A stretch of DNA of 64,000 nucleotides from a bacterium (GTDB lineage Bacteria > Electryoneota > Electryoneia > Electryoneales > Electryoneaceae): NCBI GenBank assembly GCA_963669175.1, contig OY769902.1, forward strand, positions 4,448,001-4,512,000, in the 5' to 3' direction. Positions 51,758 to 62,661 of the stretch are shown here, piece by piece; the first letter of the stretch is position 1, and every line of letters starts with the position of its first letter. Below the pieces are notes generated by a model, which was given only the letters and a program-made list of their open reading frames with translations, was not told the origin of the DNA and made no database searches. The translations under genes and the position numbers were made by a program.

Positions 51758-52330
51758 ATGATCACACTTTCTTGAAAAAATGGGGTTTTTCTGCGTCCTA
51801 GGTTCTGACTAAATGTATTGGTTTTCACCCTCCTTTACAACCGTGAAATTTGCCAGAGCTATTAACCAACGGGTTGAAAAATTCTTAGAGTTTTTTGAGT
51901 CTGGCGTTTTTGACTGGTTTTAAACTCTATTTTCTGTTAACCAGAAAGTGGCTTATAAAACTCGTGAAAATCGCGAAAATCGCGAGCCTATGAGAATTGA
52001 AAAGAACTTAAGAGTTTGATAACTAAAAGGTTGGAAACAGTAAAACCCCTCTCAAAAGGGGCTGTTAACTAAAAACCCAGAGAGTTTTATTTATTATATG
52101 TGATGCTTGATGGAATGGCCAGTACAAGAACCACGGCATTGGTTCCCTGAATTAACCCATCGCCCAGCGCCGTCTGTTTGGCGCTCACGGTGGGAATGGG
52201 GTGTACGCTACTTGCCATCCCCTGCAGCGGGTTGCCCCTGCCAAAGCGGTTTCAGAAACTCAGCCTCAGTTTGCCAGCGAAATAGGGAATACACTCAAAG
52301 GGATACCGGAGCAAACTATACCCTGAAGAA

Positions 52331-52600
52331 CTAGTGGACCGGATCACATGAATCGAGGTATTCTGCTTGTCACGGGCGAGTTGGGTGCAAGGCGATTTCA
52401 TGCAGGTGTAGCGGGTTACTGTAAATAAAATCAACGCAGCAGACAGCAGCCTCGTGACAAGCCCGAAGGGAGCGCGCCTCATCGTTCATGACGTCGTTCC
52501 ATTCCTTTGAAATAACCCGCTATGCCTTCAGGAATGCGCCTTGTCCTGAACGATGATGAGCAGCTCAGGATCCATCGATTCATGTGATCCGGTCCACTAG
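52331..52600. mobile_element. 270-bp MITE with 26-bp perfect inverted ends beginning CTAG
   Basis: ctagtggaccggatcacatgaatcga / tcgattcatgtgatccggtccactag. Confidence 0.85.
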
Positions 52601-52651
52601 ATGACCATTCGCTTGTTGTCACTTCCATACAATCATTTTACCTTCCACAGT

Positions 52652-55357
52652 ATGGATATTGAACTGAACCTCACTCCCACAGGCCATCTTCTTTTGCAAG
52701 GGCCAGACGTTGACGCATCGATTTCTGATCGTTGGATGAAGCGGGTTGTGTCAGGATTTTCGGTATCGGAAGCGGAAGGATTGTTTGCTTTGGCTGCTAC
52801 ACAGCCATCCATTCCTCCTCCCGCAGCCTTCAGCTATTGGCGTGAGTTCGCTGGCCGATATTTAGCCGAACTCTGTCGCACCCCCAATCCGGAGGGACAG
52901 TCATTCGACCTGATCGCGCCTCCCGATGAAAGTGAACTTGCTACGTTGCTTCTTTCCGCCCCACCCATGCCAGGAGGTGAATACCTCACGATCAATGTAT
53001 TCCGTGATCTCTGGGCGGAGTTGGACCTTTGGATTCGTGGAAAAATTGCTGAGTCCGGACAGGAATTGAGCGCTTGGCTGGAATCAAACGCTCCTACCTG
53101 GCGAAAAGTCGGCAGAGTCTGTTTTCACCTTGCCGAGAACAAGCGTGATCCGGACTACCCATTTGCCTTTCTGGCGACTTACGCACCACGTCTCTCCCGT
53201 GGCGGAGTTGTGCAGTACCGGCCTCTTGGAAAAGCACTTCAGGAATATGCTGGTGAAGGGAACAAGAAAGCGCTGCTGAAACTTCTTGAGCCAGTTTCTA
53301 ACGCTGCTGAACACGTCGAATTTGTGCGTGATATGGTGGAATCCGGCGAGATCTATCATCCAATAGCCTGGACCCCTGAGGAAGCCTACCGGTTGCTGAA
53401 GCATGTCCCTGATCTGGAAAAGAGCGGCTTACTCGTACGTCTTCCCGACTGGTGGCGGAAGCGTCCTCGTCCACAGGTTTCAGTAACCGTGGGAGAAAGA
53501 CAGAAGAGCCAGTTTGGGGTTGACGCCTTGCTCGATTTCCGTGTAGCGCTTTCCCTCGGTAACGAGGAACTGACGGAAGAGGAATACCACGCGTTGCTGG
53601 CTGCAGAAGACGGTCTGGTCTACGTCAAGGGCACATGGGTTGAAGTGGACCAAGAGAAATTGTCCGAGGCGCTAAAGCATTGGAAGCGGATCGAGGCAGC
53701 ATCGGACGAGGGCGTCTCATTCATCGAAGGGATGCGTCTGCTGGCAGGCGCGCCGGCAGATCTGGGCGCTAAAGCAGAATCCGGCACTCGGCTCAGCGAT
53801 TGGACGGACATCCGTTCCGGCGACTGGTTGCGAGATGTACTCGCCGGGTTACGCAATCCAGACCTGCTCACCCAGGACGGCCCGAGCCCGAACCTGCGCG
53901 CTACCCTCCGCCCTTATCAGCATGTGGGGCATAATTGGCTCTGGTTCCTCAGTAGCCTCGGTCTCGGCGCCTGTCTTGCTGATGATATGGGGTTGGGCAA
54001 GACAATCCAGTTACTCTCGCTGTTGGTCGCATTGAAAGAACGGCGCCCTTCTCCAAAACCATCGCTGCTCGTGTTGCCGACATCGCTGCTCGCCAATTGG
54101 AAAGCCGAGATCGAACGGTTTGCACCGACACTGAAGGTGGTATTCGTCCATCCATCGGAAACTGATCCCGCTTTACTTGATACACTTGCGGAAGATCCCA
54201 AAGGCACTCTGGCGAGCGTAGACCTCGTGCTCACCAGCTACGGTATGCTATCGCGGCGCATGTGGCTGCATGATGTGGAGTGGCGGCTCCTGATTCTCGA
54301 CGAAGCACAGGCGATAAAGAACCCTGCCACTCGGCAGACACGGACTGTGAAGAAGCTAAGAGCCGACACTCGCCTGGCGCTTACCGGCACACCGATTGAA
54401 AACCGACTCGGCGATCTTTGGTCGCTGTTCGATTTTCTTTCCCCAGGCCTGCTCGGATCGCATACAAAATTCAAAGGATTCGTTAAAAGCCTGGATTCTC
54501 GAGAACAGGACAGGTACGCTCCATTACGCAACCTGGTCGGACCGTACATCCTGCGCCGTATGAAAACAGATAAACGGATCATTGCAGATCTGCCGGACAA
54601 GACAGATGTGAAGGCGTATTGCGGTCTCGCCAAACGCCAGGCTGTGGTTTACCGTAAATCAGTTGAAGAACTCGCAGCAGCGCTGAATGGTCGGACGGGC
54701 ATTCAACGGCGTGGGCTTGTGCTTGCCTACCTGATGCGTTTCAAGCAGATCTGCAATCATCCGAGCCAGTACCTCAATGACGGCATCTTCAAACCATCCG
54801 AGAGTGGGAAATTTCAGAGGTTGCGTGAAATCGCTGAAGAACTGGTAATTCGCCAGGAGAAAGCGCTTATCTTTACACAGTTTCGCGAAATGACAGAACC
54901 GATAGCGGCCTTCCTTGAAACGGAGTTTGGGCGAGATGCCATCATATTACACGGCGGCACACCAGTAAAACGCAGGGGAGCACTGGTTGACAGTTTCCAG
55001 CAAGAGGATGGACCGCCTTTCTTCATCCTGTCGCTGAAAGCGGGCGGAACCGGGCTGAACCTCACTGCCGCCTCGCATGTCATACATTTTGATCGCTGGT
55101 GGAATCCAGCGGTTGAGAACCAGGCGACGGATCGAGCGTTTCGCATTGGACAGCAAAGAAATGTGCTTGTCCACAAGTTTATCTGCCGCGGCACCATCGA
55201 AGAAAAGATTGACGCCATGATCGAGGAAAAGTCGAACCTCGCAGGTGACATCATCGACACGGGAGCGGAATCCTTGCTTACCGAGATGAACGATGAGGAA
55301 CTGATCGACGTGGTTACGCTTGATATAGATCGAGCACTAACAGGAGCTGACGAGTGA
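52652..55357 (+). CDS. SNF2-family DEAD/H helicase
   Basis: LADDMGLGKT, DEAQ, LTGTPIEN, SLKAGGTGLNL and QATDRAFRIGQ motifs. Confidence 0.95.
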   Translation: MDIELNLTPTGHLLLQGPDVDASISDRWMKRVVSGFSVSEAEGLFALAATQPSIPPPAAFSYWREFAGRYLAELCRTPNPEGQSFDLIAPPDESELATLLLSAPPMPGGEYLTINVFRDLWAELDLWIRGKIAESGQELSAWLESNAPTWRKVGRVCFHLAENKRDPDYPFAFLATYAPRLSRGGVVQYRPLGKALQEYAGEGNKKALLKLLEPVSNAAEHVEFVRDMVESGEIYHPIAWTPEEAYRLLKHVPDLEKSGLLVRLPDWWRKRPRPQVSVTVGERQKSQFGVDALLDFRVALSLGNEELTEEEYHALLAAEDGLVYVKGTWVEVDQEKLSEALKHWKRIEAASDEGVSFIEGMRLLAGAPADLGAKAESGTRLSDWTDIRSGDWLRDVLAGLRNPDLLTQDGPSPNLRATLRPYQHVGHNWLWFLSSLGLGACLADDMGLGKTIQLLSLLVALKERRPSPKPSLLVLPTSLLANWKAEIERFAPTLKVVFVHPSETDPALLDTLAEDPKGTLASVDLVLTSYGMLSRRMWLHDVEWRLLILDEAQAIKNPATRQTRTVKKLRADTRLALTGTPIENRLGDLWSLFDFLSPGLLGSHTKFKGFVKSLDSREQDRYAPLRNLVGPYILRRMKTDKRIIADLPDKTDVKAYCGLAKRQAVVYRKSVEELAAALNGRTGIQRRGLVLAYLMRFKQICNHPSQYLNDGIFKPSESGKFQRLREIAEELVIRQEKALIFTQFREMTEPIAAFLETEFGRDAIILHGGTPVKRRGALVDSFQQEDGPPFFILSLKAGGTGLNLTAASHVIHFDRWWNPAVENQATDRAFRIGQQRNVLVHKFICRGTIEEKIDAMIEEKSNLAGDIIDTGAESLLTEMNDEELIDVVTLDIDRALTGADE

Positions 55358-56589
55358 GTTTCTACGGCTGGTATCCAAAGGAAACCGTCGCCATGAAACG
55401 TGCGCGGGCGATAAAACAGATTAACAAACTTCGTAAACAGGGCCGCGAGATTCAACCTGTCGCTATCGAGGGCAAGACAATCGCACGTAGCTTCTGGGGC
55501 AAGGCGTGGTGCGAACATTTGGAATCGTTCAGCGACTACGAAAACCGGTTGCCGCGAGGACGAACCTACGTACGAGCGGGCACCGTCTGCCATCTCGAGA
55601 TAAATGAAGGTGTGGTTGACGCACTCGTAAGCGGAACGAGTCTATACAAAGTACATGTAGAGATTGCTCCGCTCTCACCTGAGAACTGGCAACGAGTAAA
55701 ACGCAATTGCTCGGGGCAGATCGGATCACTTCTAGAACTATTACAGGGAAAATTGTCTGATCATGTAATGGCATCAGTCACAGACCGTGAAAATGGGCTT
55801 TTTCCACTACCCGGTGAGATGAAATTCAACTGCAGTTGTCCGGATTGGGCGACAATGTGCAAACACGTGGCCGCAGTTCTATATGGTGTGGGCGCTAGAC
55901 TGGATAAACAACCATCGCTGCTTTTCACATTGCGCGGCGTCGATCACCAGGAACTGATCGCCAGTGAACTGAACATCGTCTCAACTGTGTCGCCATTGGA
56001 TAAGCGCCGTAGAATTGACGATGACGCTCTCGGTGACGTATTCGGGATTGATATTTCCGATGAGGCCGATGATCCGGAGGCGCCAGTTATTCGAACGTCC
56101 ACCAAAGGTAAGCCTAAAGCAAAGAAGAAGACAAAACCGGCGCCTTTAAAGGAACAGACTGCGAGAAAAGGAACAGCGAGTAAAAAGACATCCCGCTCCA
56201 AACCTCCTGAAAAGCAATCGGAGAAACGGAAAACATCGCGGAAAGCCAAGTCCATCCAGAAGAAGAATCCCACGTCGACAACGAGAAAGACGTTGGGAAA
56301 GGAAAAACAAGGGTATCGTGGTCCTGCGCGTATGGCGCCGCCCAAGCAGAAATCCCCGGGCGCTTCACCGGTGACCGGCAAGAAAGTCGCTGACTTGCGC
56401 TCGAAATTCCATATGACGAAAATCCAATTCGCAAAGCTGATCGGCGTATCCACACAATCGATAACAAATTGGGAAAAGAATACTGGATTATTGAACCTTC
56501 AAGACCGCACCTTTGACTCATGGTGCAAGGTCAAGAAACTTTCTCGGCAATCAGCATGGAAGACACTGGACAAACAAGATCGCAGGTAA
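55354..56589 (+). CDS. SWIM zinc-finger protein with Lys-rich linker and C-terminal XRE-like HTH
   Basis: CSCPD...CKH and LRSKFHMTKIQFAKLIGVSTQSITNWE. Confidence 0.9.
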   Translation: MSFYGWYPKETVAMKRARAIKQINKLRKQGREIQPVAIEGKTIARSFWGKAWCEHLESFSDYENRLPRGRTYVRAGTVCHLEINEGVVDALVSGTSLYKVHVEIAPLSPENWQRVKRNCSGQIGSLLELLQGKLSDHVMASVTDRENGLFPLPGEMKFNCSCPDWATMCKHVAAVLYGVGARLDKQPSLLFTLRGVDHQELIASELNIVSTVSPLDKRRRIDDDALGDVFGIDISDEADDPEAPVIRTSTKGKPKAKKKTKPAPLKEQTARKGTASKKTSRSKPPEKQSEKRKTSRKAKSIQKKNPTSTTRKTLGKEKQGYRGPARMAPPKQKSPGASPVTGKKVADLRSKFHMTKIQFAKLIGVSTQSITNWEKNTGLLNLQDRTFDSWCKVKKLSRQSAWKTLDKQDRR

Positions 56590-56637
56590 TAGAATGGATC
56601 TCGATACACAGAAAACAGTTAACAGTAGGAAAAGGTC

Positions 56638-57321
56638 ATGAATTTACAGGACAAATTGACTAAGAACGAGCTGGACAAACTGGAAGATTTCCTGCTCTCC
56701 GATAGCACCCCGGAGAACTGTATGGATATCTCCATGCTTGATGGGTTCCTGACTTGCCTTGCCATTGGTCCGGAATTGATACCACCGAGCCTATGGATAC
56801 CTGCTGTCTGGGAACCATTTGGAGGAGGTGAAGTAGTTTGGGAATTTGAGGAAGAAGCAACATATATATTTAGCCTTTTGGTGCGATATTATAACTCGAT
56901 TATAGATACTTTTAGAAAGAATCCCGGTTCTTTCAGTCCAATTGTACATGAAAACACGAATGGTGAAGTCTTCATTGAAAGCTGGTGTATTGGTTTTTTA
57001 CGAGGTATCGCTTTCAATACCAATAAATGGGATATAATGATGGATATCCCGGAAGAGCAAATAAACCTCCTTCCGATTCTCATACACGGAACGACAGAAG
57101 GTTGGAATGCACTCGAGTTGAAAGAAACCAAGGACATTAGCCGGGAAGAATGGCTTGATCTGATGATTGTGTCAGTCGGCCGCATTCATGAATTCTGGCT
57201 GCCCTATAGGAACGAAATTCAGGGCAAACAGCCTCATCGCCAAGCCAAGCAAAAAACTCGACGCAACGATCCCTGCCCTTGCGGATCAGGAAAGAAATTC
57301 AAACACTGTTGCATGAAGTGA
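56638..57321 (+). CDS. YecA/UPF0149 family protein with SEC-C motif
   Basis: LDGFLT..AIGPE, WCIGF and RNDPCPCGSGKKFKHCC. Confidence 0.9.
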   Translation: MNLQDKLTKNELDKLEDFLLSDSTPENCMDISMLDGFLTCLAIGPELIPPSLWIPAVWEPFGGGEVVWEFEEEATYIFSLLVRYYNSIIDTFRKNPGSFSPIVHENTNGEVFIESWCIGFLRGIAFNTNKWDIMMDIPEEQINLLPILIHGTTEGWNALELKETKDISREEWLDLMIVSVGRIHEFWLPYRNEIQGKQPHRQAKQKTRRNDPCPCGSGKKFKHCCMK

Positions 57322-57331
57322 AGAGGATAAC

Positions 57332-58282
57332 ATGACCACACTTGCCCCCACAAATCCCCGGTCTCCTCTTGGCAGGTTGATTCAGGAGCGATTACTGGCT
57401 CACGGCCCCATGAATAAACAGACAATGCACAGGATTATCCAGGAAACCATTGAGGAATACAATCGATCTTCGCGGGATGAACTCGCAGGACTTTCGCCTG
57501 AACAGGTGCCAAAACTATTATCGTCTGATTATATCAGCGAAGATTCAGTCGTTAAACTGAATCCGGACATCCCATTTGAGCGTCTGAAAGATCACGAACT
57601 TCTGAACAATGCAAGGAACTTCTTGAGTTTGTTGCAACTGGAGAACGGCACAAAAGCGACAAGTTATGGCTACCTGAATAGGGCGTTTGTGGCAAAAGCT
57701 ATAAAAGTGATGGTCTTTCCCGAGGAGTACCTAGAAAAGATATACCGAGTGAAAAAGGTCATCAACGAAACGGACGTATGGAGCCTGCATCTCGTCAGGG
57801 CTCTCCTTGATACGAGCGGAATTGTCAGGAAGTACAAGGGAAAATTCATCGTTTCGAAGAAAGGGAAGCCCTTTACAGATGAAAAGAATGCCGGAAAGCT
57901 GTTGTATGAGTTATTCCTCGGATTCCATGGAAAGTTCAATCACGCTTATCTTGACCGCTGGCCTGAAACAATGACAACCCGATATGCATTCCCCTTTTCG
58001 CTCCGCTTCGTGCATTATCGAAGAAACACCTGGATTGATAGAAATGACTTTATAAAGCTGCTTCCTCCCGGTGTGCTGGAACATGAGTTCAGTATTGAAC
58101 TTGGAGAATTCAATGAGCACCTGCCTACCAGTATCATTACTACCAGAATAATCAATCCACTAGAGATGTTCGGCCTTATCGAGAAACGGTACATTCCTGA
58201 TCCCAAGTTCCCTGGAAGCACCATACTTTCGGCTATCAAATCCACCAAACTGTTTGAAGAGTTTGTCCGTTTTGAGCTCTAA
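57332..58282 (+). CDS. Hypothetical protein
   Basis: 316-aa ORF with an AGGA RBS, 10 bp after the preceding gene. Confidence 0.75.
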   Translation: MTTLAPTNPRSPLGRLIQERLLAHGPMNKQTMHRIIQETIEEYNRSSRDELAGLSPEQVPKLLSSDYISEDSVVKLNPDIPFERLKDHELLNNARNFLSLLQLENGTKATSYGYLNRAFVAKAIKVMVFPEEYLEKIYRVKKVINETDVWSLHLVRALLDTSGIVRKYKGKFIVSKKGKPFTDEKNAGKLLYELFLGFHGKFNHAYLDRWPETMTTRYAFPFSLRFVHYRRNTWIDRNDFIKLLPPGVLEHEFSIELGEFNEHLPTSIITTRIINPLEMFGLIEKRYIPDPKFPGSTILSAIKSTKLFEEFVRFEL

Positions 58283-58653
58283 TATCATGTAACAGAAGCA
58301 TCCGACGACTTCTTTTCGGTCTTCCATGTAGCAATAATTCTTACCAGTTGACGTCCTTGTATGGAAGATCGCTTTCTGCTTTTCTATCAAACTGGAAACA
58401 TATCACTGAAAAAAAACTATCAGTAGGAATTCAAGTGGGACAACAATGAAGAAAGTCAGGAGTTTTAACAGTATAGATTTTATCGATGGATTCACCGTAG
58501 ATCGCATAAACGGTAAACATAAATCTTCCTATAAATACGAAAAACCCCAGTTTTCACTGAGGTTTTCTGGCTCCTCAATAGGGGCTTACTCGGCCCCCCC
58601 CCTTATAATCCCCAAATTTCGCCAGGTTTTTCAATGTTTGGATCATCAAAGCG

Positions 58654-59976
58654 CTACAAGGATGCAATCCAATCCGGCATCATCTCTTTTATCTCGATTT
58701 TCAACTCATCCAAGTCATCTTCTTCAATCAATTGTTTTTCCTCCAGCATGAAGGTGTAGAACTTCTTCAGACTGGCAGCATTCTCCCGGATACTTGTAGC
58801 TGACGCCCATAGCGCTTTACGGATAAACCAGTATCCCAGAAAACCATTTACGTGGTTTACTCCCTCAGCAGCCGTGGTGGTATCGTCGTAGAGCAAGTAC
58901 TGGTTCACATAGAAGTAAATATTTTCATAGTGTTTCCGGACAGTTTTCTCTGACAATCCTTTTCCACGCAACCAGAAGAGAAAGTCCGTCAACAGATTCT
59001 CATTTTCGTTACGAATCTTCTCGCATTCCTTCTCGAAGGTCTCATAATCGAAAGAAGCATGCGCTTCATTCCCCTGGACTCCTCCTATAAACCCTGAATC
59101 ATTGATTGATATGATTCGCGCATTCATACCTTCATCATTTGGCTCCAGGTTCGTGTCATAATCCATGATTTCACGAATTGTGCGTAAAGATGATGACGGC
59201 GCACGCTTGGTCGATTTTTGCTGCCATGCCATAAACATGTTTCTTAGTGTCCCTTCAGCGCTTGCATTCTTTCCGTCCATAAGTTGTTTCAGAACAGGTC
59301 GAACGTCTCCCATCGAAAGCACATCCAACCATTTTTCCACATCCTGTTGTAGAGAGTCGTCAGCCTGGTCTGTAGCGTTATCTTGCAGCGCATCTTCCAC
59401 AAGATCGAGATCCACTTCCAGAAATTCAGCCAGCGCTCGCTGGGCATTTGTTATTTTCCCCAATCCTGTAACACAGAATGGCTCCTTATCATCGTCGTCG
59501 AAAAAGTCATACAGCACAGCCATGAACCAGCCAATATATACGCTTCGATAATCTCCTCGAAGCAATTCCTCACGGATCGCCGCAAGACGTATCATCCACC
59601 CCTCGCCATCCTCCATGGCAAAACGATCATCATCATCTCCTTCCTCAAGATGCCAGGTCAGAATGATATGTGATTTCGTAAACGTATAATAGAAGAACTC
59701 ATTCGCTGCTGCCTCGACAATCTCGCGTGGGATTGCTGAGAGTGGCACTCGAACCATCAATATTGCCGTCCGCCAATTGGCAACATAGATATGAACATCG
59801 AAATAGCGTTTCATCAGCGCTTCAGGATTGCCTTTAAAATCTCCCCAATTGTATACAGTGGTAAAACTTGTTGGTGTAATACGGGCTCGTGAATAAACAG
59901 ATTGCAGAGCGTCAATATCATCCTCAGAAAGAGGTTTCTCTATCGCCAGAAACTCGTAGTACTGAAATTCACTCAT
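58654..59976 (-). CDS. Hypothetical two-domain protein with integrase-SAM-like C-terminus
   Basis: MSEFQYYEFLAIEKPL N-terminal domain; C-terminal F..WL..KGLSEKTVRKH...SLKKFY.FM. Confidence 0.7.
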   Translation of the reverse strand: MSEFQYYEFLAIEKPLSEDDIDALQSVYSRARITPTSFTTVYNWGDFKGNPEALMKRYFDVHIYVANWRTAILMVRVPLSAIPREIVEAAANEFFYYTFTKSHIILTWHLEEGDDDDRFAMEDGEGWMIRLAAIREELLRGDYRSVYIGWFMAVLYDFFDDDDKEPFCVTGLGKITNAQRALAEFLEVDLDLVEDALQDNATDQADDSLQQDVEKWLDVLSMGDVRPVLKQLMDGKNASAEGTLRNMFMAWQQKSTKRAPSSSLRTIREIMDYDTNLEPNDEGMNARIISINDSGFIGGVQGNEAHASFDYETFEKECEKIRNENENLLTDFLFWLRGKGLSEKTVRKHYENIYFYVNQYLLYDDTTTAAEGVNHVNGFLGYWFIRKALWASATSIRENAASLKKFYTFMLEEKQLIEEDDLDELKIEIKEMMPDWIASL

Positions 59977-60304
59977 CACCGGATTCCTTCTTTTTTTTGA
60001 CTGCACGAAAGGAAGAATTATCGCCGAAATGAAAGTAGATTCTCCCGTTCAATTCACCGTTTTCTATGCAAGCCCACCCACGCCCACAGGCTGGATCCAT
60101 CTCGTCACTTCCATCCCAGGTGAATTCAATTCGTTCCTGTCCATTTGAACCTTCAACCTGGCAATCCATGAAGCCAACGACCAATCCGAACTGAAAATCA
60201 CCAGTTCTATCAGTGTTAAATTTCAGATATCCTGGTACTTCCATATCAATGAAGCTTTTATCCCACAGCTCCATTTCTTCGATCATCCATGTCCCGGTAA
60301 ACAT
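59969..60304 (-). CDS. Conserved hypothetical protein
   Basis: GTW.I.EMELWD...FQFG.V.G...WDG.DEMD...GRGW; overlaps the next gene. Confidence 0.75.
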   Translation of the reverse strand: MFTGTWMIEEMELWDKSFIDMEVPGYLKFNTDRTGDFQFGLVVGFMDCQVEGSNGQERIEFTWDGSDEMDPACGRGWACIENGELNGRIYFHFGDNSSFRAVKKKKESGDE

Positions 60305-60582
60305 GCCCTCCCCCGCTATGACTGTTTATACCTTCTCAAGTAATAATACTTGATAGTAGAAGCATCCACAATCTCAGAAAGGGTTATAGTAGTAGATTCC
60401 TTCTCGAAGATATCTACGCATTGTGTGATTTCTGCTTCATCGCCTCTTCAATTCCTCCTCGTTTATCTCTTTCCTGAACAATTCTTTCATCCGACCTGAT
60501 TCAAATTCATCAGAATTTTAAGCTTTGCATCCCAATCTTTCGCACGGATTGCATTTTGACGAGGCACAACCAGAATCCTGAA

Positions 60583-61326
60583 TCAGGAGGATGTGTTCCC
60601 TGGTCTCATCTGGATGATCCTGGTTTTTGCGAGCCACTGAATCACCGGGTAAGCCGGATCAAACTCATGCGGTTTTGCGGCAAGGTTGGGATTACCTGGA
60701 TCATGGTGGTGGTTATTCTGAAAGAGTTCACCCAGGGTGAGAAAGTCAACTGGCAAGGCGTTTGTGGAGCGATCCGGGTTGTCGAAGTTACGGTAGCCGT
60801 ACTTGTGGCCACACCAGTTGACAATTGCACCATGTACCGGCCCCATCACAACCTGTACTGGCAACAGCAACCAGTGCCACCAGCGATTGGCAAAACGAAT
60901 ATAGAACAGCAGGTACAAAAGAATAAAAACTAGTGGATAAACGACATTACCTGTAATGATACGGTCAAATGTTTTCCATTCGGGGACATTTAGATCAAAC
61001 TGCTTTCCCACTTCGGACCGTTTGTAAAGGATATCGCTGTAAATCCTGTAGGTACGCAACATCATATCCATGACATTTTTTGAATGGACCGGTGAGTGGG
61101 GATCCTCTGGTTTGTCGGCGTGGGCGTGGTGCAGACGGTGCAGGATGGCATAGGCACGTGGGTTGAGATAAGACGACCCCTGGGTTACAAAGGTGAAGAT
61201 GTAGAAAAAACACTCCCATCTTTTACTCATAATGAACATCTTGTGGGATCCGTAACGGTGGAGAAAAAAGGTCTGAGCAAAACCCGCCAGCATCCAGTGC
61301 GCAAGAAAAAATGCCAGGATTGCCAT
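60583..61326 (-). CDS. Acyl-CoA (delta-9-type) fatty acid desaturase
   Basis: His boxes HRYGSH, HRLHH and QNNHHH. Confidence 0.9.
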   Translation of the reverse strand: MAILAFFLAHWMLAGFAQTFFLHRYGSHKMFIMSKRWECFFYIFTFVTQGSSYLNPRAYAILHRLHHAHADKPEDPHSPVHSKNVMDMMLRTYRIYSDILYKRSEVGKQFDLNVPEWKTFDRIITGNVVYPLVFILLYLLFYIRFANRWWHWLLLPVQVVMGPVHGAIVNWCGHKYGYRNFDNPDRSTNALPVDFLTLGELFQNNHHHDPGNPNLAAKPHEFDPAYPVIQWLAKTRIIQMRPGNTSS

Positions 61327-61425
61327 GGTATCCTCCCCAGGTTTAGCCTTCCTGTTGTTCGAAAAGACCCCTCAGACTGCCGATCTTCTTCCAGCAGTAC
61401 ACGTTGGTTATTATAAACCTGCTTA

Positions 61426-61453
61426 TAGCAATTAGCAATTAGCAATTAGCAAT
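61426..61453. repeat. Heptamer tandem repeat (TAGCAAT)x4
   Basis: Read directly. Confidence 0.85.
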
Positions 61454-61705
61454 TTACTATCAGCTATCCAGAACAAACCTTGCTTTTCCACTACCATGTG
61501 GATAAAACAGGGATATAATTTACAGGACAAGGCCAAAAACTTCAGCAAAGTCAAAAGAATCTAACTATCCTCAGAGTCTGTTCTTTACAACAACCAGGTC
61601 AATAGTATTTTCGTTCTTGAAAGTATAGCGGTTGCCGAAAGTTTCTGCTGATTGAATAGCCGTTAGCCTGCTTCAGCAGGCTCCTCTTAGCACCCGGCTT
61701 TAGCC

Positions 61706-62101
61706 CTGTCTCTTACCCACATCTTCTGAAAGCTGTATCAGTAAAAGAGTTGTGGACATAGCATTTTTAGAATCCCGGCGGGATTCCCTATTTTAGCATA
61801 GTGTACAGGCCGTCTGTTTGGCCTGTACACTATGTCAGGTATTCTAACGAATAATCAACCCTGGAAGGGTTGCATAATACGCGATTCATATTAGTACGTT
61901 CAATAAATACAGGAAATAACGCATTTTATATTCTATACAAACCAATTGGGTGTAAATTATACGTTATGCAACCCTTCCAGGGTTGAGATAAGGTTTGATC
62001 TTTTTCGTAGGGTAGACGCTAAACAGACAGCGTCAACCCTACGCTAAAATATACCACCCCCTCTGGGGTGGCAGAAACACGAAGATGTGAGCAAGAGACA
62101 G
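61706..62101. mobile_element. 396-bp MITE copy C
   Basis: Ends ctgtctcttacccacatct / agatgtgagcaagagacag; duplication ggctttagcc. Confidence 0.9.
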
Positions 62102-62266
62102 GGCTTTAGCCGGGTGAAAGGAGATAAGCGAAAATATGAGCGCGCTTTAGCGTGCTTGCATGTGACAAAGAATATGCATCTGAAAAGCACCCTGAAGGGC
62201 GCTCGATTAACTGGACATATGTTACCCATAGCTAAAGCTGTGGGCTAAGAGGAGCAGGCTAAAGCC

Positions 62267-62661
62267 CTGTCTCTTACCCACATCCTCTGAAAGCTTTTTC
62301 AGCAAAAGGATTGTGGACATCGCATTTTTAGAATCCCGGCGGGATTCCCTATTTTAGCATAGTGTACAGGCCGTCTGTTTGGCCTGTACACTATGTCAGG
62401 ATTTCTAACGAACAATCAACCCTGGAAGGGTTGCATAATGAGCAGTCAATATTAGTTTATTCAATTATTACAGGTAATAACGTAATTTATATCCTTTATA
62501 AATCAATTGGGTATCAATTATACTTTATGCAACCCTTTCAGGGTTGATATGAGGTTTGATCTTTTTCGTAGGGTAGGCGCTAAACAGACAGCGCCTACCC
62601 TACGCTAAAATATCCCACCCCCACGGGGTGGCAGAAACACGAAGATGTGAGTAAGAGACAG
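62267..62661. mobile_element. 395-bp MITE copy D (diverged)
   Basis: Ends ctgtctcttacccacatcc / agatgtgagtaagagacag; duplication ggctaaagcc. Confidence 0.9.

Noticed and set aside
61706-61724. Nextera/Tn5 adapter contamination as the explanation for the mosaic-end-like 19-mers
   Set aside because: They differ from the mosaic end at 2-3 reproducible positions, occur as inverted pairs at fixed spacing, have matching target duplications and lack adjoining adapter sequence.
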